Shown piece after piece: positions 17,142 through 26,117 of a stretch of DNA of 64,000 nt (position 1 is the first letter of the stretch; every line of letters begins with the position of its first letter). Below the pieces are notes generated by a model that saw only the letters and a list, made by a program, of their open reading frames with translations, had not been told where the DNA came from and searched no databases. Origin of the DNA: Xanthobacteraceae bacterium. Lineage in GTDB: Bacteria > Pseudomonadota > Alphaproteobacteria > Rhizobiales > Xanthobacteraceae. Both the position numbers and the translations under genes were made by a program. The stretch spans positions 5,325 through 69,324 of the forward strand of contig JASHOX010000144.1 of assembly GCA_030038415.1 (NCBI GenBank), in the 5' to 3' direction.

Positions 17142-19184
17142 CAGCCGGGTCGCAGCGCGTAGCGCCGGGAACAAGTCGCCGAGCAGCGACGGCGGCCAGG
17201 CGACTTGCAGCGCCCAGTGAAAGACGACGGTGCAGATGACGGTCGTCGCCGCAGCGAAGCCGAGCGACGACAGCCACGGCTCGCCGAAGCCGAAGCGCAT
17301 GTAAGCGAACACGAAGACCGCGATGGCGGGGATAAACCCGATCAGCGAGACCAAACAGATAAATGCGGCCATCCAGACGAAGAAACTGAAGGCGCGCCGC
17401 CGCGCCACGTCGTCGGTCACGCCGAGGTCGCTGACATGGGCGCTCACATGGGCGCCGACCTTGACGCCGGAATCCGCGTGCGCGAGCGCCGTTGGCTCGC
17501 GGCCGAACAGCTCGTTGACGAGATTGAGGACGGCAGCGACCAGCGCCATGCCGCAAGCGGTCAGCGGCACGATCTTGGCGTCGTGCGGCCAATCGGTCGA
17601 CGACAGGATCGCGGCTACGATCAATACAATGACGCCGAGCGAGAAGGCGGGAGCCGGACCGAACTGCGCGCGGTGACCGCCGACGGAGCGGAATTGCTCA
17701 AGCAAGGTTTTGACGATTTGCGACAACGGCCGGTACAGCACCCAGGCGACGCAGGCCAGAATCGCCAGAACCGGCCAGCGCAACAGCCAGGCCCAGCCGT
17801 AGAGCTGCGTCGAGATGAACAGATAACGCTCGAAAATGCCGCCAACCACGATGCCGAGCACCATCGGCGGCCGCGGCCAGCCGAGCCGCTTCATGACCCA
17901 GCCGACGATGCCAAAGCCGAGCAGCAGATAAAGATCGCCCCAATCGTGCTCGCCCTCGAAGGCGGCGACGAAGACCAGCGCGATGATGACCGGCAGCAGG
18001 ATTTCCGGCCGGATGCGCGACACCTGGGCGAGCCAGCGGCTGCAGGCGAGACAGATGATCGCGCCCATGACGTGGGCCAGCGTCAGGCTCCATACGATCA
18101 TGTAGGTGAGATCGAGATGCTTGGTCAGCATATCGGGCCCGGGCGTGAGCCCGTGCATCAGGAACGCACCGAGCAGGATCGCCATCGAGGCGCCGGCCGG
18201 CACGCCGAAGGCGATGGTCGGCACCAGATGGCCACCCTCCTTGGAATTGTTCGAGCTCTCCGGCGCGATGACGCCGCGTACGTCGCCGGCGCCGAAGCTC
18301 TCCGAATTCTTCTCCGTGCGCTGGGCATAGCCGTAGGCGATCCAGTCGATCACCGCCGAGCCGATGCCCGGGATCGCGCCCAGGCCGACGCCGAGCACGC
18401 CGCAGCGCAACACCAGCCACCAGTGCCGCACGACGTCGCGCACGCCCTCCCATTGACTGGACAGATTGATGTCGGGCGCATTGTCGCCGGCAATGCGCTT
18501 GCGCGACACCGCAAGCTCGGCGAGCTCCGGCAGCGCGAAAATACCGAGCGTCGCCGGAATGAGCGGCACGCCGTCCCACAGATAAAGCCAGTCGAAGGTC
18601 CAGCGCAGCGTGCCGCTTTGCGCGCGCGAACCGACCATGGCGATCATCAAGCCGAGACCGGCCGCGGTCAGTCCTTTCAGCGGCGCGCGGCCGGACAAGG
18701 TCGCCACCATCGACATGCCGAACAGCGTGAAGGCGAGCAATTCCGGCGAGCCGATCGACAGCATGATTGGGCGCAGGATCGGAATGCTCACCGCGAGCAC
18801 GATGGCGCCGACGATGCCGCCGGCCAGCGACGAGGCGAATCCGGCGCCGAAGGCGCGGCCGGCCTCGCCCTTCTTGGCCATGGCGTGGCCGTCGATCACG
18901 GTTGCGGCGGCGCCGACATGGCCGGGCACGCCGAACAACACCGCGGTGATGAAATCCGACGAGGTGATCACCGCCGCCATGCCGAGCAAGAGCGCAAAGG
19001 CGGTGTATTCGTCCAGGTTGTAGGTGAAGGGGATCAGCATCGCCATGCCGACAATGCCGTTCAGCCCCGGCAAGACGCCGATGGCGAGCCCGATCAACAC
19101 GCCGAGGAACAGGATCATGAGCCGCGCCGGCTCAAGAAGCAGGTGCAGCGCGTGTAAAGCGCTGGCGATCATATCCGGCTGCAT
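17136..19184 (-). CDS. Fused TTT membrane protein TctA-TctB (large plus small subunit in one polypeptide)
   Basis: About 500 aa of TctA pattern (GVLPGLNGIVGMAMLIPFTY...GAIPGIGSAVIDWIAYG). This is followed by about 180 aa with four hydrophobic segments resembling the stand-alone TctB at 58644..59201 (FFVWMAAFICLVSLIGFIPAIAVFVFAYMRFG compared with LVWVAVAATVGYLLILPVLGFFLATIVYAFVLMYLG). The start is placed at ATG 19184 (MQPDMIASALH) after an AGGGA. The ORF-track start at 19265 would translate a palindrome. Confidence 0.8.
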   Translation of the reverse strand: MQPDMIASALHALHLLLEPARLMILFLGVLIGLAIGVLPGLNGIVGMAMLIPFTYNLDEYTAFALLLGMAAVITSSDFITAVLFGVPGHVGAAATVIDGHAMAKKGEAGRAFGAGFASSLAGGIVGAIVLAVSIPILRPIMLSIGSPELLAFTLFGMSMVATLSGRAPLKGLTAAGLGLMIAMVGSRAQSGTLRWTFDWLYLWDGVPLIPATLGIFALPELAELAVSRKRIAGDNAPDINLSSQWEGVRDVVRHWWLVLRCGVLGVGLGAIPGIGSAVIDWIAYGYAQRTEKNSESFGAGDVRGVIAPESSNNSKEGGHLVPTIAFGVPAGASMAILLGAFLMHGLTPGPDMLTKHLDLTYMIVWSLTLAHVMGAIICLACSRWLAQVSRIRPEILLPVIIALVFVAAFEGEHDWGDLYLLLGFGIVGWVMKRLGWPRPPMVLGIVVGGIFERYLFISTQLYGWAWLLRWPVLAILACVAWVLYRPLSQIVKTLLEQFRSVGGHRAQFGPAPAFSLGVIVLIVAAILSSTDWPHDAKIVPLTACGMALVAAVLNLVNELFGREPTALAHADSGVKVGAHVSAHVSDLGVTDDVARRRAFSFFVWMAAFICLVSLIGFIPAIAVFVFAYMRFGFGEPWLSSLGFAAATTVICTVVFHWALQVAWPPSLLGDLFPALRAATRLL

Positions 19185-19192
19185 AGCGTTCC

Positions 19193-19268
19193 CTAGTGTC
19201 CCGCTTCCGAAGTTCGCATGATTGTGCGGCCCTCTCGTGTGCGAACTTCGGATTCGAAAGGACACTAG
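19193..19268. promoter_or_regulatory. Long imperfect palindrome in the leader/promoter region of the tctAB fusion gene
   Basis: CTAGTGTCC (19193-19201) pairs with GGACACTAG (19260-19268). CCGAAGTTCGCA (19207-19218) pairs with TGCGAACTTCGG (19240-19251). That gives 21 paired positions around a 21-nt loop, starting 9 nt upstream of the start codon. Confidence 0.6.
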
Positions 19269-19488
19269 CAGCTATTGATTCCGTGCGGGCTTGGCTCAGA
19301 AGTCGGCGCCACGAGCCCGGCGGCAATAATGACGCGGACTTCTGAACCGCCACACGGTCCTACCCCATCGCGCCCGAAACCTGCAAAGCCGTCAAGCCCG
19401 TGGTAAGGTGACGCAGCACAGATAAACCGGCAGGAACCGCATTGCGGCGGCCGCTGCCGCGGGAAGGCAACGCAGTTCGAGGATACCC

Positions 19489-20529
19489 ATGAGCGTCGAG
19501 GACGGTCGGTTCGTGCGCACGGGGCTTGGCGCCGTGCTCTTTGTTTTGGCGTCGGCAGCGATCGTGCTGGCGCAGGGCGCGAGTAATTTTTACCAGGGCC
19601 GCACCATCAACCTCTATATCGGCTATTCGCCGGGCGGCGCCTATGACCTTTATGCCCGCGTGATTGCCCGCCATCTCGGCTCGCATATTCCGGGTAATCC
19701 GACGATCGTGCCGCAAAACATGGAAGGCGCCGGCAGCTTGCGGCTGGCCAATTATCTCTATCGCGTGGCGCCGCAGGACGGCACCGCGATCGCCACTTTC
19801 GGCCGCGGCATCGCCTTCGACCCCCTGCTGCTCGGCCAGGGCGACGCGTTCAACGCGGAAAAGATGAACTGGCTCGGCAGCGCCAATAACGAGGTCAGCG
19901 TCTGCGTGGCGATGAAAAGCTCCGGCATCATGAGCTTCCAGGACTTGTTCACCAAGGAACTCACCGTCGGCGGCACCGGCGCCAGTTCCGACACCGATCA
20001 GTTTCCGCGCGTGCTCAACGCCGTGCTCGGCACGCATTTCAAGGTCGTGCAAGGCTATCCCGGCGGCAATGACGTGGTGTTGGCGATGGAGCGCGGCGAG
20101 GTGCAGGGCCGCTGCGGCTGGTCGTGGTCGAGCGTGCTTTCGACGCATAAATCCTGGATCGCCGACAAGCGCATGATCGTCTTGGTACAGCTGTCGCTGA
20201 CCAAGCATCCGGATTTGCCCGACGTGCCGCTGGCGATGGATTTCGCCAAGACCGACGAGCAGCGGCAAATACTCAAGATGTTGTTCGCCCGCAACGTGAT
20301 GGGCCGGCCTTACGTAGCGCCGCCCAATTTGCCCGCCGATCGCGTCGCGCTGCTGCGCCAGGCCTTCATGGACACCATGAAGGACAAGGACTTTTTGGCC
20401 GAAGCCGACAAGATGCAGCTCGAGATCAATCCGGTGTCCGGCGCGGACGTCGAGAAGCTGGTCAAGGAGGTCTATGCCACGCCGCCGGATGTCGCCGCCA
20501 AGGCCAAGGCCGCGGCGGAATCACAGTGA
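19489..20529 (+). CDS. TTT substrate-binding protein, TctC/Bug family, paralog 2
   Basis: Collinear with the protein at 16071..17141, with long shared strings (GYPGGND, ERGEVQGRCGWSWSS, KHPDLPDVPL, EQRQI, FARxVMGRP). Has a signal peptide. Confidence 0.75.
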   Translation: MSVEDGRFVRTGLGAVLFVLASAAIVLAQGASNFYQGRTINLYIGYSPGGAYDLYARVIARHLGSHIPGNPTIVPQNMEGAGSLRLANYLYRVAPQDGTAIATFGRGIAFDPLLLGQGDAFNAEKMNWLGSANNEVSVCVAMKSSGIMSFQDLFTKELTVGGTGASSDTDQFPRVLNAVLGTHFKVVQGYPGGNDVVLAMERGEVQGRCGWSWSSVLSTHKSWIADKRMIVLVQLSLTKHPDLPDVPLAMDFAKTDEQRQILKMLFARNVMGRPYVAPPNLPADRVALLRQAFMDTMKDKDFLAEADKMQLEINPVSGADVEKLVKEVYATPPDVAAKAKAAAESQ

Positions 20530-20559
20530 GGCGGTCTCGCCAAACAGAAGAGACAAGCC

Positions 20560-21462
20560 CTACAGTTCCAAAGCGCCCCGCATCATCGGCACGCATCGCC
20601 CGCCGATCGACAGCGCCGTAATCGTGCCGTCGCGCTTCTCGGCGCTGGCCTCGAGCAGGCTCGGCCGACCCATATCGACGCCCTGGGAAATGCGCAGGTT
20701 TAATGCCAGATCGCGCTCTGGCCGCAGGCTGGCCAATAAGCCGACCAGCGTGACATTGGCGCTGCCGGTCGCCGGGTCTTCGGGAACGCCTTGGAGTGGC
20801 GCAAACATCCGCGCCTGGATGTCGACGCCGCCGCTTTTGTCTTTGACGTAAAGTAGTATTCCGGCGGCGCGGCCGGTTTTCAGACGCTCGGAAAATACAT
20901 CCGCCCGCGGCCGCGCCGAGGCGAGCGCCGCCCGCGTTTTGAGCTCGGCGAATGCAAGAGGAAGCCCGCAGGAGGCGAGGCAGGGCCTATGATTAGCGGT
21001 CTCGATGTCCGCGGCTTCAACTGAGCACGCCGCTGCTACGACGTCCGGCGCGATGTCGTCGCCGCGCGTGAGCGGTTGCGGCGCCGTTAATCGCGCGCCG
21101 ACCGGCGAACCTCCCTCTTTGAGGACATCCACCCGCACCAGCCCGGCTTTCTCCTCGAACAGGAGCGGATCGCCCACCGCGCGACTACGGCTTTGGCCTC
21201 GACTCGCCAGCACGAAACCGGTGCCGACATTCGGATGGCCGGCAAACGGCAACTCGGCGCGGGGCGTGAAGATCCGCACTTCGGCGGTATGCGAGGCGTC
21301 CTGCGGCGGCAGCACAAAAGTCGTCTCCGCCAGATTGAATTCGGCGGCAATCGCTTGCATTTGTGCGGTTGCCAGCCCGCGGGCATCGATCACGACCGCA
21401 AGCGGGTTGCCGCCGAACTTTTGCGCCGTGAAAACGTCGACCGTGATGAATTCAAGCTGCAT
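20560..21462 (-). CDS. PhzF family isomerase-like protein
   Basis: MQLEFITVDVFTAQKFGGNPLAVVIDARGL...LAETTFVLPP...IFTPRAELPFAGHPNVGT is the PhzF family N-terminal pattern. Confidence 0.85.
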   Translation of the reverse strand: MQLEFITVDVFTAQKFGGNPLAVVIDARGLATAQMQAIAAEFNLAETTFVLPPQDASHTAEVRIFTPRAELPFAGHPNVGTGFVLASRGQSRSRAVGDPLLFEEKAGLVRVDVLKEGGSPVGARLTAPQPLTRGDDIAPDVVAAACSVEAADIETANHRPCLASCGLPLAFAELKTRAALASARPRADVFSERLKTGRAAGILLYVKDKSGGVDIQARMFAPLQGVPEDPATGSANVTLVGLLASLRPERDLALNLRISQGVDMGRPSLLEASAEKRDGTITALSIGGRCVPMMRGALEL

Positions 21463-21500
21463 CGGACTATCTCATCGGGTTTTGCCAACGGTTCATGTCG

Positions 21501-22448
21501 TCAGTCGAAATGAACGGCCGTGGTATTGCCGCCGCAAATGACGATGCCGACGCGCTCGCCGGCTTTGGGACGATAGGCGCCGGATAAAAGTGCCGAAAAT
21601 GTCGCCGCGCCGCCGGGCTCGGCGACGATCCGAAGCGTCTGCCAAAGCGCCTTCTGCGCCGCGACGATAGCGTCGTCGGCAACCAGCACGACGCTGTGTA
21701 CGTATTGTTTGACGATCAGAAAGCCGCGCTCGCCGACGCGGCGCGGGGCAAGCGAATCGGCTGCCACGCCGCCGGCTTCGGCATCGACGGGGCGCCCGGC
21801 CGCTATTGCCTTCGTCAGCGTCGGCGCCGCCGCCGGTTCGACACCGACCACTTTGATGCGGCCGCCATACCAGGCGGCGATCCCCGCAATCAGGCCGCCG
21901 CCGCCAACCGCCACGAGCAACGTGTCGATCTGCGGCGCCTGTTCTTCAAGCTCCATGCCGAGCGTGCCTTGCCCCAATATGGTCTCATCCTGATCAAAAG
22001 CATGCACCGGCATCGCGCCAGTCTTTTCGACCCAGGCCTCACTCGCGGCCAGTGCATCGGCATAGCGGTCGCCTTCAATCACAAGGTCGGCGCCGTGCTC
22101 GCGAATGTTCGCGATCTTGGCGGGCGAAGCGACGCTGGGCACGAAAATCTTCGCTGGCACTTTCAGCTTCATTGCCGCATAGGCGACGGCCACGCCGTGA
22201 TTGCCGCCCGAGGCCGCGACGACGCCCGCCACCGGCACCGCGCGCATCAGCAGATTGGCGAAGGCGCCGCGCACCTTGAACGAACCGGAGTGCTGGAACA
22301 GTTCAAGCTTCAGACAAAGCCGGTTCGATCCGAGCCCGAAATCGGCGGTGTCAACCTCCATGACCGGCGTGCGGCGGATATACGGACGGATCAGCTCTTC
22401 GCAGCGCGCGATGTTTTCGGGGGATATGGTGTCGGATACGCTCAGCAT
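21501..22448 (-). CDS. PLP-dependent serine/threonine dehydratase family protein
   Basis: PLP-lysine motif HSGSFKVRGAFANLL and a glycine loop VAVGGGGLIAGI. An alternative start lies at 22484. Confidence 0.85.
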   Translation of the reverse strand: MLSVSDTISPENIARCEELIRPYIRRTPVMEVDTADFGLGSNRLCLKLELFQHSGSFKVRGAFANLLMRAVPVAGVVAASGGNHGVAVAYAAMKLKVPAKIFVPSVASPAKIANIREHGADLVIEGDRYADALAASEAWVEKTGAMPVHAFDQDETILGQGTLGMELEEQAPQIDTLLVAVGGGGLIAGIAAWYGGRIKVVGVEPAAAPTLTKAIAAGRPVDAEAGGVAADSLAPRRVGERGFLIVKQYVHSVVLVADDAIVAAQKALWQTLRIVAEPGGAATFSALLSGAYRPKAGERVGIVICGGNTTAVHFD

Positions 22449-22512
22449 TGGTCGTCGAAACCTGATCGCCCCACCGCTTTTCACAAAGCTGCGTCCAGTC
22501 GAACTGTGGCCG

Positions 22513-22540
22513 TTGACATTAATTAGTCATTTGGCTAATT
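22513..22540. promoter_or_regulatory. Candidate -35 box and ArsR-type operator upstream of the ArsR-family gene
   Basis: Consensus TTGACA at 22513-22518. Imperfect inverted repeat AATTAGTCA (22521-22529) / TGGCTAATT (22532-22540), ending 6 nt before the ATG at 22547. Confidence 0.4.
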
Positions 22541-22546
22541 GGCAAT

Positions 22547-22864
22547 ATGCCTACAAACGATGACGGCGTCAACGCGGCACTGCGGGCTTTGGCCAGCGAT
22601 CGACGTCGAGTCATCCTGGAATGGCTGCGCGAGCCGAAACGGCATTTCCGGCCGCAGGTCGACGGCGACCTGGTCGCCGACGGCGTCTGCGGCGTGCTGA
22701 TTGCCGAGAAACTTGGGGTCAGCCAGCCGACGGTGAGCGAGCACCTGAAAATTCTTTCGCAAGCAGGCCTGCTGAAATCCAAGCGGGTCAGGCAATGGAC
22801 ATTCTATAAACGCGATGAGGCGCAGATCGCCAAGGTCAAGCGCGCAATCATCGCCAACATCTGA
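22547..22864 (+). CDS. ArsR/SmtB family transcriptional regulator
   Basis: 105 aa. ALASDRRRVILEWL...IAEKLGVSQPTVSEHLKILSQAGLLKSKRVRQWTFY is a winged-HTH ArsR pattern. Confidence 0.85.
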   Translation: MPTNDDGVNAALRALASDRRRVILEWLREPKRHFRPQVDGDLVADGVCGVLIAEKLGVSQPTVSEHLKILSQAGLLKSKRVRQWTFYKRDEAQIAKVKRAIIANI

Positions 22865-22952
22865 TAACGGCATCGGTTCGCACCAATGTCATAATAAGAC
22901 CGGAAGGTTCGGGGCAGGGTTGCAGTGGACGCTCATCCCGGTTTGGCCTGCC

Positions 22953-23798
22953 ATGGCATTTGCCGTCATTCCTTATCCCGTCATCAATGCGGTGGCGTTC
23001 CATGTCGGGCCGTTCCCAATCCGCTGGTATGCGCTTTCCTATATCGGCGGCCTCGGTCTCGGCTGGCTCTATGCATGGGTGCTGATCCGAAACGACCGGC
23101 TGTGGGGCCACATGCCGCGGCCGCAGCCGCAGAGCATCGCCGATCTGGTGCTTTATCTGGCGCTTGGCGTCGTCATCGGCGGGCGTCTCGGCCAGGTGAT
23201 CTTCTATCAGCCGGAGTACTTTTTCGCCCATCCGCTGGAAATCTTCGAACCGTGGCTCGGCGGCATGTCATTCCACGGCGGTTTGATCGGGGCCGCGCTG
23301 GCAATCTGGTACTTCGGCCGCGAGAGCAGAGTCCCGCTGCTGACGATTGCCGACATCGTCGCCGCCACCGCGCCGATCGGCATCTTTCTGGTCCGCATCG
23401 CCAATTTCATCAACGAAGAGCAGTGGGGACGCCCGAGCGACGTGCCGTGGGCGATGGTCTTTCCAGACGTCGACAGCCAGCCACGGCACCCGAGTCAGCT
23501 TTACGAAGCAGGCCTCGAGGGATTGCTGCTGTTTCTGGTCGTCTGGCTCTTTGTGCGCAGCGGCGCGTTCAAACGCCCCGGCATCGTGACCGGCGTCTTT
23601 TGCGTTGGCTACGCCGTCACCCGCATTATCTCGGAATTCTTCCGCGAGCCCGACCCGCAACTCGAACGGCTGTCATACGGACTGACCATGGGCATGGTGT
23701 TGTCCATTCCACTGCTGCTTGCTGGCGTGGCGCTGCTCTTTTATGTGCTGCGTTTGCGCCGCGAGCGGCTGGATGGCCGCGCGGTTGATGCGCCCTAG
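22953..23798 (+). CDS. lgt: Prolipoprotein diacylglyceryl transferase
   Basis: IRWYALSYIGGLGLGW, GGMSFHGGLIGAALA, RHPSQLYEAGLEGLLLF are Lgt signature blocks. The start is placed at the internal ATG (MAFAVIPYP) of the 22815..23798 ORF. Confidence 0.9.
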   Translation: MAFAVIPYPVINAVAFHVGPFPIRWYALSYIGGLGLGWLYAWVLIRNDRLWGHMPRPQPQSIADLVLYLALGVVIGGRLGQVIFYQPEYFFAHPLEIFEPWLGGMSFHGGLIGAALAIWYFGRESRVPLLTIADIVAATAPIGIFLVRIANFINEEQWGRPSDVPWAMVFPDVDSQPRHPSQLYEAGLEGLLLFLVVWLFVRSGAFKRPGIVTGVFCVGYAVTRIISEFFREPDPQLERLSYGLTMGMVLSIPLLLAGVALLFYVLRLRRERLDGRAVDAP

Positions 23799-23964
23799 AG
23801 CATGATCTTCTTCCTGATCATGAAACTCGGCCGGCGCAACCTGCGCGCGATGAAACTTGAACGGCAAACGGCAGCCGCAACAACGATCGGGAGGTCTGCC
23901 GCACCCACCCGCTCCGCCCCGCGGGTCGTGATCAGTGACGCGGCGCGGTTGGCTACGGGCGGCG

Positions 23965-24942
23965 TCAATCCAGCGATATGTTCGCCTTCTTGATCACGTC
24001 CGACCACAGCTTGGCGTCGTCGACGAACATCGCCGCCGCCGCCGCGTTGGAAATGCCCATCGGATCCATCTTCAGCTTGTTGCGGATCGCATCCACGACC
24101 TCGGGACTGTGGGTGACCGCGACGATATCGTTGCTGATCTTCGTTGCGACGTCGGCGGGCGTGCCCGGCGGCGCAACGATGCCGTACCAGGTGACGGCGC
24201 GGAATCCGGGCAAGCCGGATTCGGCCACCGTTGGCACGTCCGGCAGACTTTGCGCGCGCTGCGGACTGGCAACAGCGATAATGTTGAGCTGCTTTCCTTG
24301 CTGCAGCGGCAGCGAGGTCGTCAATGTGTCGAAGATCATGTCAACATGACCACCGGCGACATCCATCAGCGCCGGCGCAAGTCCGCTATAGGGCACTGTC
24401 GTCAGTGAAATGCCGGCCTGCATTTCAAGCTCCTTCGCGGCGAGGTGTCCAACAGTGCCGACGCCAGGCGAGGCGTACGTAATTTTCCCCGGATCGTCCT
24501 TGGCCTTCCGGATGAGGTCTTTGACGGTCGAAACGCCAAGTCCGTTTCGTACGTCGAGGACATAAGGCACGCTCGCCACCACCGAGATCGCCACCCATTT
24601 GGACGAATCGAACGGCATGTGCTTATAGAGCAGCTGGTTCATCGCAATCGGGCCGGGCGGGCTCAGCAGCAACGAATAGCCGTCCGGCTCGGATCGCGCG
24701 ATCTCCAGCGCTCCGACATTGCCCGATGCAGCGCCGCTCAAGTTCTCGACATAGACTGGCTGCTGCCACTTGTCCGACAGCGCCTTGGCGATCACGCGCG
24801 CCAATAGATCGGTGCCGCCTCCGGCCGGGAACGGCACCGCGAGCCTGACCTTACGCGTCGGCGCCCATTGCGCCTCGGCGGCGCCGGCGAATCCGATCCA
24901 CGCGACGGCGAGCGCTGCGGCAGCCAAGATCAGTTTTTTCAT
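23965..24942 (-). CDS. Bug/TctC family TTT substrate-binding protein (orphan)
   Basis: Signal peptide MKKLILAAAALAVAWIGFAGAAEA, then VRLAVPFPAGGGTDLLARVIAKAL...VENLSGAASGNVG, the classical Bug pattern. No adjacent TctA/TctB gene. Confidence 0.85.
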   Translation of the reverse strand: MKKLILAAAALAVAWIGFAGAAEAQWAPTRKVRLAVPFPAGGGTDLLARVIAKALSDKWQQPVYVENLSGAASGNVGALEIARSEPDGYSLLLSPPGPIAMNQLLYKHMPFDSSKWVAISVVASVPYVLDVRNGLGVSTVKDLIRKAKDDPGKITYASPGVGTVGHLAAKELEMQAGISLTTVPYSGLAPALMDVAGGHVDMIFDTLTTSLPLQQGKQLNIIAVASPQRAQSLPDVPTVAESGLPGFRAVTWYGIVAPPGTPADVATKISNDIVAVTHSPEVVDAIRNKLKMDPMGISNAAAAAMFVDDAKLWSDVIKKANISLD

Positions 24943-25214
24943 TGTGGCGGTCCTCCCGTTCCTTATCAGCATCGCTTCGCGCGTGGACGGGCGCTCGACG
25001 GTGGTGTTATGGTGCTTGACGGCGGCGGCTCGACGAACGCCGACGCGCCGGCAATTTTATTACGAAAAAATCGGCAAATCCAAACTTCTCAAGGCGCCGC
25101 GGGCGAAAAGCGTTCCGCACAACAGAACGTCGGGACAGCGTAAATAGCACCGTCGCGGTTGCACGGCGGCGGCGGGAGTGCTTCAAGCTTCGATCAACGC
25201 GGACCGGACCGAAT

Positions 25215-26117
25215 ATGACCGACGGCAAAAGAAAAGACGTCATCATTGGCGAAGACGAGGCTGCTGGCTGGATTCGCGACGGCATGGTCATCTCGATCGG
25301 CGGCTTTCTAAATTCCAGCCATCCGATGCCAATCATTCGCGCGATCATTCGCAACGGGATCAAGAACCTTACCATCGTCGGCGCGGCCTCGGCGGGGCTG
25401 GAGACCGACCTCTTGATCGGGGCCGGTTGCGCGAAGACGGTCATCGCGCCAATGATCTCCGGCGAAAGCCTCGCGCCGATCGGACCGTCATTCCGCTACT
25501 TTGCCCAGCGCGGCGCCATCGAGGTCGTCGAGCTTGACGAGCATATGTATTATCAGGGCCTGCGCGCCGCGGCCGAACTGATGCCGTCGCTGCCGTGGCG
25601 CGGCGGCATAGGCACCGATTACGCCAAGATCAATCCGCGCCTGAAAGAGTTCGACGACCCGGTCACCGGCGAGCGGCTCCTTGCCGTTGCCGCCATCAAC
25701 ATCGACATCGCCTTGATCCACGCCGCCGCCGCAGATCCGTTCGGCAACGTGCAGCATATCGGCACCGGCTTCGGCGACCGTGCCCACCATCGCGCCGCCG
25801 ACAGAACCATCGTGACGGTCGACAAGGTCATCGCCAACGAGGAAGTTCGCGCCAATCCCTATCGCACCTCGATCGCCGGAGTGGATGCGGTAGTGCGCGC
25901 GCCTTACGGATCGCATCCGTTCGCCAGTCCCGGCGAATATCTGGAGGACGCCGCGCATATTCGCGAATATGTCGCGGCCGCAAGCGCGCGACTAAAAAGC
26001 GGCGACAACGGGCCGTTCGACGAATATCTGCAAAAATACATCGTCGAGCCGAAGAACCATGCCGCGTACCTGACGCGCATCGGCTTCGAACGCATTCTGT
26101 CGCTTTATGAGTTGTGA
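25215..26117 (+). CDS. CoA-transferase subunit A (family I, glutaconate/3-oxoacid type)
   Basis: DEAAGWIRDGMVISIGGF...LTIVGAASAGLETDLLIGAGC is the subunit A pattern. The stop overlaps the start of the subunit B gene. Confidence 0.8.
   Translation: MTDGKRKDVIIGEDEAAGWIRDGMVISIGGFLNSSHPMPIIRAIIRNGIKNLTIVGAASAGLETDLLIGAGCAKTVIAPMISGESLAPIGPSFRYFAQRGAIEVVELDEHMYYQGLRAAAELMPSLPWRGGIGTDYAKINPRLKEFDDPVTGERLLAVAAINIDIALIHAAAADPFGNVQHIGTGFGDRAHHRAADRTIVTVDKVIANEEVRANPYRTSIAGVDAVVRAPYGSHPFASPGEYLEDAAHIREYVAAASARLKSGDNGPFDEYLQKYIVEPKNHAAYLTRIGFERILSLYEL

Noticed and set aside
17205-19157. 650-aa plus-strand ORF
   Set aside because: Antisense to the TctA-TctB fusion gene. A highly charged, Arg/Asp/His-rich sequence is incompatible with a real protein opposite a membrane-protein gene.
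16104-20268. Two mutually similar minus-strand ORFs (16104..16817 and 19360..20268)
   Set aside because: Their similarity only mirrors the paralogy of the two plus-strand TctC-like genes to which they are antisense. They are not an independent gene family.
20560-21462. PhzF-family protein as a possible LigU (OMA isomerase) completing the lig pathway
   Set aside because: LigU belongs to the PrpF family, not PhzF, as far as I recall. The gene is 17 kb from the lig genes and sits in a different operon with a Ser/Thr dehydratase.
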